A stretch of DNA of 64,000 bases from a virus (IMGVR_UViG_3300033070_000479:15986-79985), one strand, 5' to 3'; shown: positions 46,980 to 57,077, numbered from the stretch's first letter. The notes: a model not told the origin generated them from the letters alone. A program made the numbers and translations.

Positions 46980-47543
46980 ATGTTAGTACTAGGAGTAGAC
47001 CCGGGCGCTAGCGGCGGGCTAGCCCTGTTGTCTGTAGTCGACGGGTTAGGATCAGTGCTGTCGGCCACCGACATGCCTTTCATGGGTAAGGGCGCGGACG
47101 CCAGGCCTGACGTTACAGAGGTCATACGCTGGGCGTCGTCGTTCGGCGGTATACCGAACATCGCCGCAGTAGAGCGTGTACCGTTCGTGCCTGACCTGCC
47201 GGGAGGGGCCGGCGGAGGGTTTGCCGGCAGACAGCGTAAGTACACCGCTATGCGGCAGGAGAGGTACCAGGCCCTGGTGGTCGGTGCGTTATGCGGGGTA
47301 GGTATACGGGTCGTTGAGCCTCTGCCGAAGCAGTGGCAGAAGGACATTGTCAACGTGCCTGCTATAAAGTCAGAGGACAGAGACGCCAAGCGCAAGGCTA
47401 TCAAGGCGGCTGTCATCTCGTGGTGCCGACTGTCATACCCGACACTGAACCTGGTACCTCCGCGGTGCAAGGTTCCGCGTGACGCGTGGGCGGACGCGGT
47501 GGCTATCGCGGAATGGGGGGCTAAACGTGCCAGAGTGGGATGA
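46980..47543 (+). CDS. RuvC-like Holliday junction resolvase
   Basis: LGVDPGASGGLA, AAVERV, KQWQK, DAWADAVAIA. Confidence 0.85.
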   Translation: MLVLGVDPGASGGLALLSVVDGLGSVLSATDMPFMGKGADARPDVTEVIRWASSFGGIPNIAAVERVPFVPDLPGGAGGGFAGRQRKYTAMRQERYQALVVGALCGVGIRVVEPLPKQWQKDIVNVPAIKSEDRDAKRKAIKAAVISWCRLSYPTLNLVPPRCKVPRDAWADAVAIAEWGAKRARVG

Positions 47544-48183
47544 CCTTCGTAAGGAGTTTTTTGACAAGGCCTACGCGCTTAGAGGCCTCGACCAGTTGCG
47601 GCTTAAGACGCACCTGATTAACGGCCAGGAGCTACCGTGGACTCCTGGCGAGCACGAAGGCCCCGACGTTTACGTCAAGGACATCGTTCCGGCCACGACG
47701 ACGCCTCGGTTCTCTGGCAACGCAGTTAACGCGTATAAAGACGGCATGATGCTGTACTCGCCCGGCATCCTCCCGGTTACCGGGTATGACCCGGTAAAGC
47801 TGTACTGGGGCGAGAACGCCATACCGCTGGACGAGCTGCCGTTTTTGCTACCTCTAAAGCGGCGTGCTCTGTTCGGAGTCAAGGAACCGTTTGACCGGGT
47901 TCTGTTTGCCGCTCCGTACCCGAGAGCTCACGACGTAGACAGGGCCTTGTCTCGTACGGCGTACTCGACAGACGGTAAGATATGGAAGGCCGTGCACCAA
48001 CTTCTGATCATAGACGACCCGGACGCGGACCCGGGAACTCTTCCGGACAGAATCCCGGTACACGTTTTCGGCCTAAAATCTGACGACATGGGGTGGTTAT
48101 GGCACTCGACGAGGACTCCGGCGGACAGACTAGTTCTGCGCCTGAAGAAGGTGACGGACAAGCTCCTTCTTACATCTCCGTAG
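47527..48183 (+). CDS. Hypothetical protein
   Basis: GTG 47527; 218 aa. Confidence 0.55.
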   Translation: MPEWDDLRKEFFDKAYALRGLDQLRLKTHLINGQELPWTPGEHEGPDVYVKDIVPATTTPRFSGNAVNAYKDGMMLYSPGILPVTGYDPVKLYWGENAIPLDELPFLLPLKRRALFGVKEPFDRVLFAAPYPRAHDVDRALSRTAYSTDGKIWKAVHQLLIIDDPDADPGTLPDRIPVHVFGLKSDDMGWLWHSTRTPADRLVLRLKKVTDKLLLTSP

Positions 48184-48482
48184 TTTACGTCCCGATGAGG
48201 GCCGCCCCGTGGTGCACGACGTTCACGGACCGGGCTGACCTGGTTCGTGACCTGGCGGCCGTCCACCGTAAGTACTCGGCAGCCGGAGTGCCCATCCGTA
48301 TTTGGGTGTTCCCGGCTAAGCAGGAGCAGCTGCTTAGCAACAAGCCCGATATCGGTTTATCACTGGGTGGCACCGCCATAGCCTCCACAGAGCCCGCGGT
48401 GCCTACTAACTGGTTGGTGCCCCCTAGAGACGCCTCTAATCCAGATCCGGAGTTTCCTTTTCCTGCGCTAAACGCCTTGTAG
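48093..48482 (+). CDS. Hypothetical protein (start uncertain)
   Basis: Fills the gap; the true start is probably near 48183-48195. Confidence 0.4.
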   Translation: MVMALDEDSGGQTSSAPEEGDGQAPSYISVVYVPMRAAPWCTTFTDRADLVRDLAAVHRKYSAAGVPIRIWVFPAKQEQLLSNKPDIGLSLGGTAIASTEPAVPTNWLVPPRDASNPDPEFPFPALNAL

Positions 48483-48538
48483 CTGCGCGTCACAATATTT
48501 GACGACACATGTTGTGCCGTTAATAACAGGAGACCGCG

Positions 48539-49327
48539 ATGACCGCAGCCACTACGAAGCGCAATATGGGCGGGGTCGGCAAGGTTCACCGGGGGCCCGT
48601 CCGGGACCTGAACTCCTCTCCGGCCATCAAAGCCGTGGCGGAGTTCAACTCGATTCCTGGAACGCACTGGGCGGTCGCCGCCTGGGCCAGCATCGACGAC
48701 AGGGGAGTCGTCAAACTCACGACCCCGAGACTGACCGGGTCGACGGGCTTTGTCCCGCTTGACGGTACGTTCCTGGTCTCCCTGTACAAGGAGCCCGTGA
48801 ACGCCCCGGGCGGCGTGGACACGACGCCCACGTTCCGCCTCGATCGGCTGGTGGCCGATCATGGAGGGTCGGGGTTCACCCTGACTCACGTGGAGACCGT
48901 AAGTCTCCTGTCCAAGTTCGGAGCCGGCAGCACGTTCTCCTCCGAGCTGCTCGATCTCCTGTGGCACACGTCCCAGGTGTTGAAGGCGCCCCTCACGGCC
49001 GTCGTCAGCGACGACGTTCTGCGAGAGGCTTGGCAACTGATCCAGGGCGACGTTGTCGCCCTGCCGGTCCGCAAGAGCGATCTGGTGCCCGTCCTGGCGG
49101 CCCGCGCACCGGACGGGACGCTGGTCATCCAGCAGGACTCGGCGGGTGCCGCCGAGACCGTCGTCCAGGTCTCGGGGATGCCGGTGGAGGACCGGCACAT
49201 CATCTACAACCAGCTGATCCAACTGGAGGACGACGGGGTCTACGCGAAGAGCAGCCACGCCGCGTTCATCGGTGTCGGCGTCTTCGTGGGGGCGTCGACC
49301 CCCAAGTTCGCAGTTTACGAGCACTAG
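48539..49327 (+). CDS. Hypothetical protein, apparently highly expressed
   Basis: AACAGGAG RBS, very strong C/G third-position bias, own terminator. Confidence 0.75.
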   Translation: MTAATTKRNMGGVGKVHRGPVRDLNSSPAIKAVAEFNSIPGTHWAVAAWASIDDRGVVKLTTPRLTGSTGFVPLDGTFLVSLYKEPVNAPGGVDTTPTFRLDRLVADHGGSGFTLTHVETVSLLSKFGAGSTFSSELLDLLWHTSQVLKAPLTAVVSDDVLREAWQLIQGDVVALPVRKSDLVPVLAARAPDGTLVIQQDSAGAAETVVQVSGMPVEDRHIIYNQLIQLEDDGVYAKSSHAAFIGVGVFVGASTPKFAVYEH

Positions 49328-49333
49328 TCCCTT

Positions 49334-49369
49334 ACCGCATCCGGCTAACGCCGGTTGCGGTTTTTTTTT
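49334..49369 (+). terminator. Intrinsic terminator
   Basis: accgca-t-ccggc-taac-gccgg-t-tgcggt followed by a long T run. Confidence 0.9.
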
Positions 49370-49387
49370 GCTATCGGAGGAGCACAG

Positions 49388-49711
49388 TTGAAGCCTAACG
49401 ACTACACGCCTACTAAGGCGGCTAAAACAAAGACTGTATTCGACCTGGGAGCTGCCGGGTCTATAAAGTCTGATTACGACCGAGTTGTGGTGACCCAGTC
49501 GGCCGGCGGAGGTATTGTGGTGCTGGTGGCGTTCCAGGGGTCTGCGTTCTTTGAACCGCCGGTACGGCTACCGCCGGAGCCGCCGCTGACTTTGGCTGTT
49601 GAGAACTCTCGGGGTCGTATATTCTACTCTGTGTTCAACCCTGGAATAAGCTACTGTGTAGAGGGTAGCACGCACATCGTGCTCACTGTAGACCAGGCCG
49701 TCGAGCAATAA
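49388..49711 (+). CDS. Hypothetical protein
   Basis: TTG 49388 after GGAGGAG. Confidence 0.5.
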   Translation: MKPNDYTPTKAAKTKTVFDLGAAGSIKSDYDRVVVTQSAGGGIVVLVAFQGSAFFEPPVRLPPEPPLTLAVENSRGRIFYSVFNPGISYCVEGSTHIVLTVDQAVEQ

Positions 49712-49726
49712 GAACTGGGGACAGCC

Positions 49727-51586
49727 TTGGACAGAACTCCTTACGGCACCGATAACCAATTCGGCAATCCGTTCATAGACGCGGCGTCGGCATTTATGCC
49801 TCTCAGCACGCCGGCCATGCTGCGCCACGCTGAGTTCTTGGCTGTGTCCCTGGACGTCATCCGAGCCGCTTATACCAGGATGGCGGCCTATTTTTGCACC
49901 GACATCGAAATCATCGGCGATATGGACGACGAGGCTAGAGAAGACCACAAGTCGTTTCTTATCAACAAGTTCGGGCTGTGGGACTTCTGCATGTCGGCCG
50001 GGGTTTGCAACCTGGTTTACGGGTCAGCCTACTGCAGCATCCTCCCCAACATCCGGCGCATGTTGGAGTGCCCTAACTGCCCGACCATTCACGGCATTAA
50101 AGACCTGTTCGGCGTCGGCACCGGAGTCACTTTCGGAAACAAGAAGTTTTCTGCCACGTGCAGAGCGTGCGGCTACCGCGGGTCTATGACCCACCACGAT
50201 TACGTGGACCGCGAGTCGGTGCCTACGCCGCACGTCTGGAATCCCCACGACATCATCCCGTTCGGGTTCGACGGTTGGCACAACAAGATCAGGTCATTCA
50301 TCTGGAACATACCGTCCGACGTGTGTCAGGACGTTAAGTCCGTAGACTCATTCATCCTGTCCTCCGCCCCCGTCGGCGTGTTGGAGGCGGCAACCACCAC
50401 TGCCCGGTATCAGTTCGCCGAAGGGCAAGTTCACCACTGGGTCGACCTTCCGCTGTCCGGTATCCGCAGCCGCGGTGTCGGCGTGCCGAGGTCTATCACA
50501 TCGTACCGGACCATGTTTCAGCTGCAGATGATGCGTCGGCAGAACGAGGTCGTGATCAACTACCACACCACGCCGTTCCGGGTAGTGTCGCCGGCTCCTG
50601 CCGGAACTAACCAGGACGTCGGTGACGTGGTCCGGAACATCAACGGTCCCGAGATGGCCAACGCCTTCCGGAACATGCTCTCCGAGCACAGGAGAGATCC
50701 CGGCGCGTGGCACTTTTCAATGCACCCCATGCAGTACCAGGCTTTCGGGGCCGATGCGAAGCAGTTGATCCCGACCGACATCATGGACTACACGACCGAC
50801 CAAGCCCTCAACGGCATCGGCATGCCGGTCGAGATCTACAAAGCCAGTCTCACCACGGAGCAAGCCCCGGTGGGCGTGCGCCTGTTCGAACGGTTCAACA
50901 GCTCATTTTTTCACGGCCTCAACAGCCTGCTGTCCTACACATCTGGCCGCCTTAACAGGCTGCGACGCGTAACCCCGTGCACCGCTCAGTTGGTCCCGCC
51001 GCGCCTGGCGGACGACCTCGAACTGCGCCAGATTCTGTTCAACCTGGCACAATCCGGTCAGGGCAGCTACGACGACTTCCTGCGTACTATCGGCAAGACC
51101 TACCCGGAGGTTATGCGGAAGAGGTTCGAAGAGCAGAAGTCCACTGCAAAAGCGCAGGCCGAGTTCGAACGCGAGTCTCAGTCTCTCAGCGTCACGTCTC
51201 AGGTTGCCGCCGCCGCTCCCGCCGCCGATCAGCAGGCGCAACAACAGCAGGGCGGGCAAGGTCAACCGCAACAAGGTCAGCCGCAGGGAGGCGGAGCCCC
51301 GCCGTCCGGCGGCGATCTTGCGCAGCAAGGACTACCGGCGGCACCGGCCATTCCGCCGTCCGGCACCAGCTACGACATCGTTCAGCTCGGCGAAATGGCG
51401 CAGGCCGAAGCCGGGTACTGTCTGATGCTGCCGCAGTCCGACCGCGTTCGTCGTCTCGGCGACATACGTAAAGCCAACCAGACGTATCACCAACTTGTGG
51501 TGCAGAGCATCGAAGAGATCAGGTCGCGCGGAGAATCTGTCGGCAGAGAACAAGGCGTTCAGGCCGTGTTGCAGGGTCAGGCTTGA
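49727..51586 (+). CDS. Portal-like protein with Zn-ribbon insertion and Gln/Pro-rich C-terminus
   Basis: Portal-type N-terminus (VIRAAYTRMAAY...LVYGSAY), NGIGMP; CPNC...CRAC insertion. Starts a block of putative virion genes. Confidence 0.6.
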   Translation: MDRTPYGTDNQFGNPFIDAASAFMPLSTPAMLRHAEFLAVSLDVIRAAYTRMAAYFCTDIEIIGDMDDEAREDHKSFLINKFGLWDFCMSAGVCNLVYGSAYCSILPNIRRMLECPNCPTIHGIKDLFGVGTGVTFGNKKFSATCRACGYRGSMTHHDYVDRESVPTPHVWNPHDIIPFGFDGWHNKIRSFIWNIPSDVCQDVKSVDSFILSSAPVGVLEAATTTARYQFAEGQVHHWVDLPLSGIRSRGVGVPRSITSYRTMFQLQMMRRQNEVVINYHTTPFRVVSPAPAGTNQDVGDVVRNINGPEMANAFRNMLSEHRRDPGAWHFSMHPMQYQAFGADAKQLIPTDIMDYTTDQALNGIGMPVEIYKASLTTEQAPVGVRLFERFNSSFFHGLNSLLSYTSGRLNRLRRVTPCTAQLVPPRLADDLELRQILFNLAQSGQGSYDDFLRTIGKTYPEVMRKRFEEQKSTAKAQAEFERESQSLSVTSQVAAAAPAADQQAQQQQGGQGQPQQGQPQGGGAPPSGGDLAQQGLPAAPAIPPSGTSYDIVQLGEMAQAEAGYCLMLPQSDRVRRLGDIRKANQTYHQLVVQSIEEIRSRGESVGREQGVQAVLQGQA

Positions 51587-51637
51587 GCCGTTTATCCTTA
51601 TCGGATAAGATCACCCAATCCCCGGAGATAGCCTGTC

Positions 51638-51820
51638 ATGACCGAACGTGAACAACTCAAGGGTGTTCTGCTGCACCGCTTGGGGCAAGCCACGGCGATC
51701 GTCAAGTTCGCCAACAGCCCGAACTGCAAGCCCCAGCTCAAAGAAAAGCTGCTCAGCCGGCTCGAGCCGGTCGACCTGCTCCTGCTCAACAAGGTCGCTG
51801 AGGCTCAACAAGCGAACTAA
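51638..51820 (+). CDS. Small helical hypothetical protein
   Basis: 60 aa, GGAG RBS. Confidence 0.55.
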   Translation: MTEREQLKGVLLHRLGQATAIVKFANSPNCKPQLKEKLLSRLEPVDLLLLNKVAEAQQAN

Positions 51821-51829
51821 GGTATTCAC

Positions 51830-53590
51830 ATGCAAAAACTAGCGTACGGGATACCCCCAACACCGCCCTCCCCGGGCGGTGTTGTTGCTCAGACCCAGCC
51901 GACAGCACCAAAGACTGTCGAGCCACTCAGCCTGGACGCGTCGGATATTCCGTCCCCCGGGCGGCAGGCCTACATACCGCCGGAGCCGATTCCGGAACTC
52001 AAGCCACAGCCTAAACTTAGGTCAACTGAGACCCCTAGAACCCTCAGCCGGTTCGTGCCGTCATGGGGCTCAGAATCTGAGTCCATGCTGCGAGACGTCT
52101 TAGACCAAGCTCCGCTGCCTCCGCCTAGACCCAAACCGGAGCCTGCCCCGCCTAAGCTGCCGCCGATGGACGTGCAGTTGGCTAGGGAGTACGAGAAACT
52201 TCTCAACGACCCACAAGCAGCCGCTGACGGGCGCAGGACGGCGTTCGAGGAGTCCATCGGTAAGCCGGGCATTCAGTCGGCTCTCCAGGTGCTGGCCAAC
52301 GAAGGGTCGACCAGGGCCGGAGATAAGGCGCGTAGGTCAGGGTACTTTACGCCGTATTCTCGCGACGTAGAGGTGACGCCGTTCGGTCATAAAACAAAAG
52401 TCGGTCCCGGGTTTGACATACCGCTGACTTACCTGGCCGAGGGTATGTCGTCTTTACCTAGGACGGCTATGCGGGTTGCTGAGGCTGTACGACCTGGTAC
52501 CGTAGAGACCCTGCCGGGCGGCAACCTGTTTAACTCAGAGGCGGTAGACCCGTTAGGAGGAAATGCCGGGTTGCGGGCTGCCATAGCTAAGCCGTACGAC
52601 CCGACTATTAACCAGACCCCGACGCCGTTTAAGTTGACGTCTACCGACATGGGCGACGCTGTAACTATGGGGGCAGACGCCGCCGACGCGATGCTGTCCG
52701 CCCTACCCGGAGCCGGTCGTCTGGCTGGTCAAGGAGAGAAGCTACTGTCCAGACTCCCGTCGGTAATAGGGGCGCAGACGGGTAGAGTACTAGCCGACGC
52801 CGCTACGACGGGGGCTACGCAGGCCGGTATAGACACGGCGAATCGAGCAGGGTATCTCAACGACGACCTGTCCAAGAGTGTGGCTGGCGTAGGTGGTATG
52901 ATGCTAGGAAACGCCGCCGGCAATAAGGCACTAGGCGGGCTAACTAAGGCGCCGGTAGTTGATCCGTCTTCGATACTTACTCCGCGTAATACTGCCGCAG
53001 CCGCTGCGGCTAAGGCCGTAGGAAACTCTACTTCCGACGCTATCCGTAACGCCGTAGTACTACCTGCTGCTGCCGGCTCCGCCTTAGTCGCCGCAAATAC
53101 CCAGAGAGAGAACAACGTCATGGAACCTGAAGCCCCTAAGCCGCCGGCTCCCGCTGCCCCGGCAGCCCCGGTCGCAACTACGCCCGCTGCTCCTGTAGCC
53201 TCCGCCCCGCCGGCTCCGGTTCCTACTGCCGCTACTAAGTCCGTTATTACTCCGCCGGCTCCTGTGACCACTCAGCCGGTAGCACCGCTGAAAAACTACT
53301 GGGACTCCCTGGGAGACGACAGTAAGTGGCTGGTTCGCGGCGGTGCCGGTGCAGCCGGCCTGGCCGCCTTGATGGCCGCTATGCGCGGAAAAAGCAGTGA
53401 CGAAGAGGAAGAGGAGAGCGGCCTCGGCAGCTACCTGACCCCGCTGCTCGGACTAGGCGGTCTCGGCGCTATGGCTTACGGCGCAGGCGGCGGCGGATTA
53501 TCCGCTCTGCCGAGTCTGTCCGGTATGGGCGACAAGTATAAGCAACTGGGTAGCGCCGTCATGGGTCAGTTCACGCCTGCCGCAAAGTAA
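51830..53590 (+). CDS. Pro/Ala-rich putative virion protein with Gly-rich hydrophobic C-terminal segments
   Basis: PA-rich tract near 53130-53290; GAGAAGLAALMAAM and LLGLGGLGAMAYG segments. Confidence 0.55.
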   Translation: MQKLAYGIPPTPPSPGGVVAQTQPTAPKTVEPLSLDASDIPSPGRQAYIPPEPIPELKPQPKLRSTETPRTLSRFVPSWGSESESMLRDVLDQAPLPPPRPKPEPAPPKLPPMDVQLAREYEKLLNDPQAAADGRRTAFEESIGKPGIQSALQVLANEGSTRAGDKARRSGYFTPYSRDVEVTPFGHKTKVGPGFDIPLTYLAEGMSSLPRTAMRVAEAVRPGTVETLPGGNLFNSEAVDPLGGNAGLRAAIAKPYDPTINQTPTPFKLTSTDMGDAVTMGADAADAMLSALPGAGRLAGQGEKLLSRLPSVIGAQTGRVLADAATTGATQAGIDTANRAGYLNDDLSKSVAGVGGMMLGNAAGNKALGGLTKAPVVDPSSILTPRNTAAAAAAKAVGNSTSDAIRNAVVLPAAAGSALVAANTQRENNVMEPEAPKPPAPAAPAAPVATTPAAPVASAPPAPVPTAATKSVITPPAPVTTQPVAPLKNYWDSLGDDSKWLVRGGAGAAGLAALMAAMRGKSSDEEEEESGLGSYLTPLLGLGGLGAMAYGAGGGGLSALPSLSGMGDKYKQLGSAVMGQFTPAAK

Positions 53591-53599
53591 AGGCACAGT

Positions 53600-54133
53600 A
53601 TGTCCAGGTTCCACTCTTACCCTGGTAAGGTCGACGTGGCTAACGCCGTGGTCGACCGTACTCCGACACAGGCTCAGGTGTCGGCCAGTAACTACCGGCA
53701 CGGTAAAGTGCGTATCCACGGACTGGAGATAGCCGTAGAGGTCCCGGCCGGAGGTATCAGGACGGGCACGTCCAAGGACGGTAAGAAGTGGGAACGCCGC
53801 ATGAAGGCGTCCTACGGCCGTATTAACCGAACGACTGGTAAGGACGGCGAGCCGGTCGACGTGTTCATAGGCCCGGACGCCGACGTGCAGTTGGCGTTCG
53901 TCATATCGCAACTGGATGAGTCTGGTGACCTGGACGAACACAAAGTCGTCATAGGCGCCGCCCACGTCGACGCAGCCCGCGATATCTACCTATCGCACTA
54001 TCCTAAGTGGTGGGCGGACTCGAGGCTCGGCGAAATCCGCGGATTCTTCATGCCGGACTTCAAGAAGTGGTTGGAATCCGAGGCACCGCTAAAATCAACG
54101 AAGAGAGCTTCGGAGCTGTTCCCGTGGCTGTAG
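53600..54133 (+). CDS. Inorganic pyrophosphatase-like (InPase) domain protein
   Basis: NYRHGKVRIHGLEIAVE...G.IR, YGRI..T.GKDGEPVDVFIGP, DEHKV motifs of the InPase family known from phage polyvalent proteins. Confidence 0.75.
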   Translation: MSRFHSYPGKVDVANAVVDRTPTQAQVSASNYRHGKVRIHGLEIAVEVPAGGIRTGTSKDGKKWERRMKASYGRINRTTGKDGEPVDVFIGPDADVQLAFVISQLDESGDLDEHKVVIGAAHVDAARDIYLSHYPKWWADSRLGEIRGFFMPDFKKWLESEAPLKSTKRASELFPWL

Positions 54134-55896
54134 TGCCTGGTATCGTTCCGCAAGAACACCAACAGAAGCTGATAGATCAGGCTTCGTCGGTAGCGGCTGA
54201 ACCGGGGGCGTCGTTCAAGAAGCTGCTAGTTCACGGGATGGGGTCCGGCAAAGGCTTATCTGCACTAGGTTCTGCCGACGCACTCAATCAACCGTTTCTT
54301 GCCGTAACTCCTGCGTCGCTAAGAACTAATATGCGCGGCGAGATCGGCAAATTTCTGCATAATCCCCCGTCTAACAGCGTTATTAGCTACACGTCCTTGG
54401 CGTCAGCAGAGCCTGACAAATACGAAGCCCCCACAGTCATATTTGACGAAGCGCAGCGGCTGACATCTCCTAACTCGGCACAGACAGAGGCTGCCAAGAT
54501 TCTGGCAGCTAAAGCCAAGAACGTCATCCTGCTGTCCGGCACCCCCATCAGGAACAGACCTGACGAGCTGGCTCCTTTACTGGAAATTCTTACCGGTAGG
54601 CGCATGTCTACCGAGGAGTTCAACCACAGGTACGTCGGCGAAAGGAAGATATATCCGGGGGGTCTTCTGGGTAGGCTTACCGGTACTAAGCCAGTTGTCG
54701 AACCGTTCGTTAACAATAGGGAAGAGCTGAAGGAGCTTCTCAAGGGAAAGGTCGATTATTACAAACCGGCTAAAGCCCCGGTAGATGTAGACGTTCACGA
54801 CATCGACACGGACATGACGCCGCAGCAGGCCATGATCTATAAGGCCATGTACGACCGGCTGCCGTGGCTGATGCGGTACAAGATGCGGTGGGACTACCCC
54901 CTCTCCGACCAGGAGCTGGCACAGTCCCGGTCGTTCATGACAGGCCCTCGCCAGGTGGCCCTGTCGACCATGCCGTTCATGAAGTCGCAAGACCCATTGA
55001 AGGCGTTCAAGGAGTCAGGAAAACTTCAGACGGCGTTTACTAACCTGAAGAAGGTTGTTGATGACCCGCGGCAGAAGGCGATCGTGTACTCTAACTTCGT
55101 CGGAGCCGGCCTCAAGCCGTACGCAGCAGCACTCACCTACGCCGGCATACCAAACGCCTTGTTCCATGGCGGCCTGTCCGACGCTGAGAGGAAGAAGGCT
55201 GTCGCCGACTTTAATGACGGCAAGATCAAAGTCGTACTGGTCGGTCCGAGCGGTTCTGAAGGCGTGTCCTTCAAGGGGGCCCAGCTCACGCAGATACTAG
55301 ACCCGCACTGGAACTCTGCCCGCACGGACCAGGCGTCTGCCAGAGGTCTACGTTTTGACTCGCACCTGGGTCTACCAGAAGACCTCAAGTCCATGCGTAT
55401 CGAGCGGTACTCATCCACCCTGCCTAAAGACATGCTGGCCCGGACGTTAGGTCTTTTTGGTATGGACGATCCGGCTAGCCGCCGCACGGTCGACGCGACA
55501 CTCAGCCGCATGAGTTCTGAGAAAGACCGCACTAACTCTGTGTTCAACGACCTGCTGCGTGAGGTGGGTACTGCAAACAGCAAGTCTGCTGCCGCACTGG
55601 CGGACGTAGCGGCCGCTACAGGGGCCGCACCCGTTAAGCCTACGGTAAGCCCTCTGAAGCGGCTTATGGAGGCCAAGAGGCGGTCAGACGCAAGAGACTA
55701 CGACGGAAAGACTTCCATAGTTAGGGACTTGATAAAGGAGTCACCTACTTCGTGGGAGGTCGACACACCACCGGCTAACGGGATACTAGGCCTGACCCAC
55801 ACCCCCACAGGGTTCAGGCTGCACATGCCGGCTAAGGCCGTGTACGACCTTTTGGTGGTACCGCCTTCCGTGAACGCACCGGCGAAGGTACGATAA
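54133..55896 (+). CDS. SNF2-family helicase/ATPase
   Basis: GTG 54133 overlapping the upstream TAG. HGMGSGKG, FDEAQRL, LSGTP, SEGVSF, QASARGLR. Confidence 0.85.
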   Translation: MPGIVPQEHQQKLIDQASSVAAEPGASFKKLLVHGMGSGKGLSALGSADALNQPFLAVTPASLRTNMRGEIGKFLHNPPSNSVISYTSLASAEPDKYEAPTVIFDEAQRLTSPNSAQTEAAKILAAKAKNVILLSGTPIRNRPDELAPLLEILTGRRMSTEEFNHRYVGERKIYPGGLLGRLTGTKPVVEPFVNNREELKELLKGKVDYYKPAKAPVDVDVHDIDTDMTPQQAMIYKAMYDRLPWLMRYKMRWDYPLSDQELAQSRSFMTGPRQVALSTMPFMKSQDPLKAFKESGKLQTAFTNLKKVVDDPRQKAIVYSNFVGAGLKPYAAALTYAGIPNALFHGGLSDAERKKAVADFNDGKIKVVLVGPSGSEGVSFKGAQLTQILDPHWNSARTDQASARGLRFDSHLGLPEDLKSMRIERYSSTLPKDMLARTLGLFGMDDPASRRTVDATLSRMSSEKDRTNSVFNDLLREVGTANSKSAAALADVAAATGAAPVKPTVSPLKRLMEAKRRSDARDYDGKTSIVRDLIKESPTSWEVDTPPANGILGLTHTPTGFRLHMPAKAVYDLLVVPPSVNAPAKVR

Positions 55897-55900
55897 TCCC

Positions 55901-56674
55901 ATGACTACCTCCGTTAGACGCTGGGCGGACGTGCCGTGGGCTGTACACGAAGCGGCGTCGTCCCTCATCAAGGCCTCTGTCGACGCTGACCCGTCTGGGT
56001 ACACCGGAGTACCTGGTCTGACGCACGCCGCCGACATCATGGGTTGGCGGGCAGGGCCTATTAACGCCTACTGGGGCGGTCCTAGGCCTATCACTAACAC
56101 GCTGATAGGCGCAGCTCTGGGCGCAGGTCTAGGACTAGCCGGCGGGGCTGTGGCTGACGAGCTGGCTCCTGACGACGTCCTGGAGCCGTCAGCTCTGAAG
56201 AAGAGGTTTGCGCTGCTGGGCGCGGCGCTAGGGGGCGCCCCTGGCATTATGCAGGCGTACCAGAATATTCAGGCCGGCACTACGCCGTTTCATACGGTTG
56301 ACCACATAGCTAAAGACCTAGAGTTTCGCGAGAAGAAAGCGGTAGACCTGTTCTCGCCTGACATTCCGGCTAACCGGTTTGCCGGTCAGCTTATGGCAGA
56401 CGATCAGACGCCGATGCACCTGCGGGCTACTGCCGCCGGCATGATTCAGGCGGCTTCAGCGTCTACCGGAAGCTCCTGGGTATCCCCTTGGGATGTGGCT
56501 AGAATCGCGTTTGCCACAGGGGCGGGCGCCGCGTCTGGTATCTTGGTCGGTAAGACTCTAGGGGCTTTGGCCGGGCTCACGCCGAGCGCTCAAAAGTCTC
56601 TCCAGTCCACAGGTTGGTGGGCTGGTCTACTAAAGGCGACCGTTCCTCGGGCACTCTCATTACCGGAGCGTTAA
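55901..56674 (+). CDS. Putative virion protein with Gly-rich hydrophobic helices
   Basis: IGAALGAGLGLAGG, ALLGAALGG, GAGAASGILVG. Confidence 0.55.
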   Translation: MTTSVRRWADVPWAVHEAASSLIKASVDADPSGYTGVPGLTHAADIMGWRAGPINAYWGGPRPITNTLIGAALGAGLGLAGGAVADELAPDDVLEPSALKKRFALLGAALGGAPGIMQAYQNIQAGTTPFHTVDHIAKDLEFREKKAVDLFSPDIPANRFAGQLMADDQTPMHLRATAAGMIQAASASTGSSWVSPWDVARIAFATGAGAASGILVGKTLGALAGLTPSAQKSLQSTGWWAGLLKATVPRALSLPER

Positions 56675-56675
56675 G

Positions 56676-57077
56676 GTGTCAAAAGTTATTTCGTCTGCTA
56701 CGCCAGAACTCAAGATGTACACGTGGACCGGCGCCACCGGGACCACGTACAGAATTTGGCACGCAGACGGCGGTGTGTCCATGCAGAATCAGAACACCGG
56801 CGAGATGCACACGTATTTCCCTGATCAGCTTCGTCTGATGTTCAAGGCTCTGTTTCAGATAGCCGACTCCTACCTGTCTGAAGGCGTAGGGGCTTCCGGA
56901 GACCAGGCTGCGTGGTGCCGCGATCACGGCCGCAACGACGTACGCCTGGCGGCTATCCTCAAGGAGTTGATGCGTGAGGCCGAGAGACATGGGGACCCGA
57001 CAAAAGACATATCCGTCATCAAGAGTTCCAGGGTACTATTGCCAGTGGGCGTCCCGAAGAGGCAGAAAAAATCATGA
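56676..57077 (+). CDS. Hypothetical protein
   Basis: Tight spacing; 133 aa. Confidence 0.55.
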   Translation: MSKVISSATPELKMYTWTGATGTTYRIWHADGGVSMQNQNTGEMHTYFPDQLRLMFKALFQIADSYLSEGVGASGDQAAWCRDHGRNDVRLAAILKELMREAERHGDPTKDISVIKSSRVLLPVGVPKRQKKS

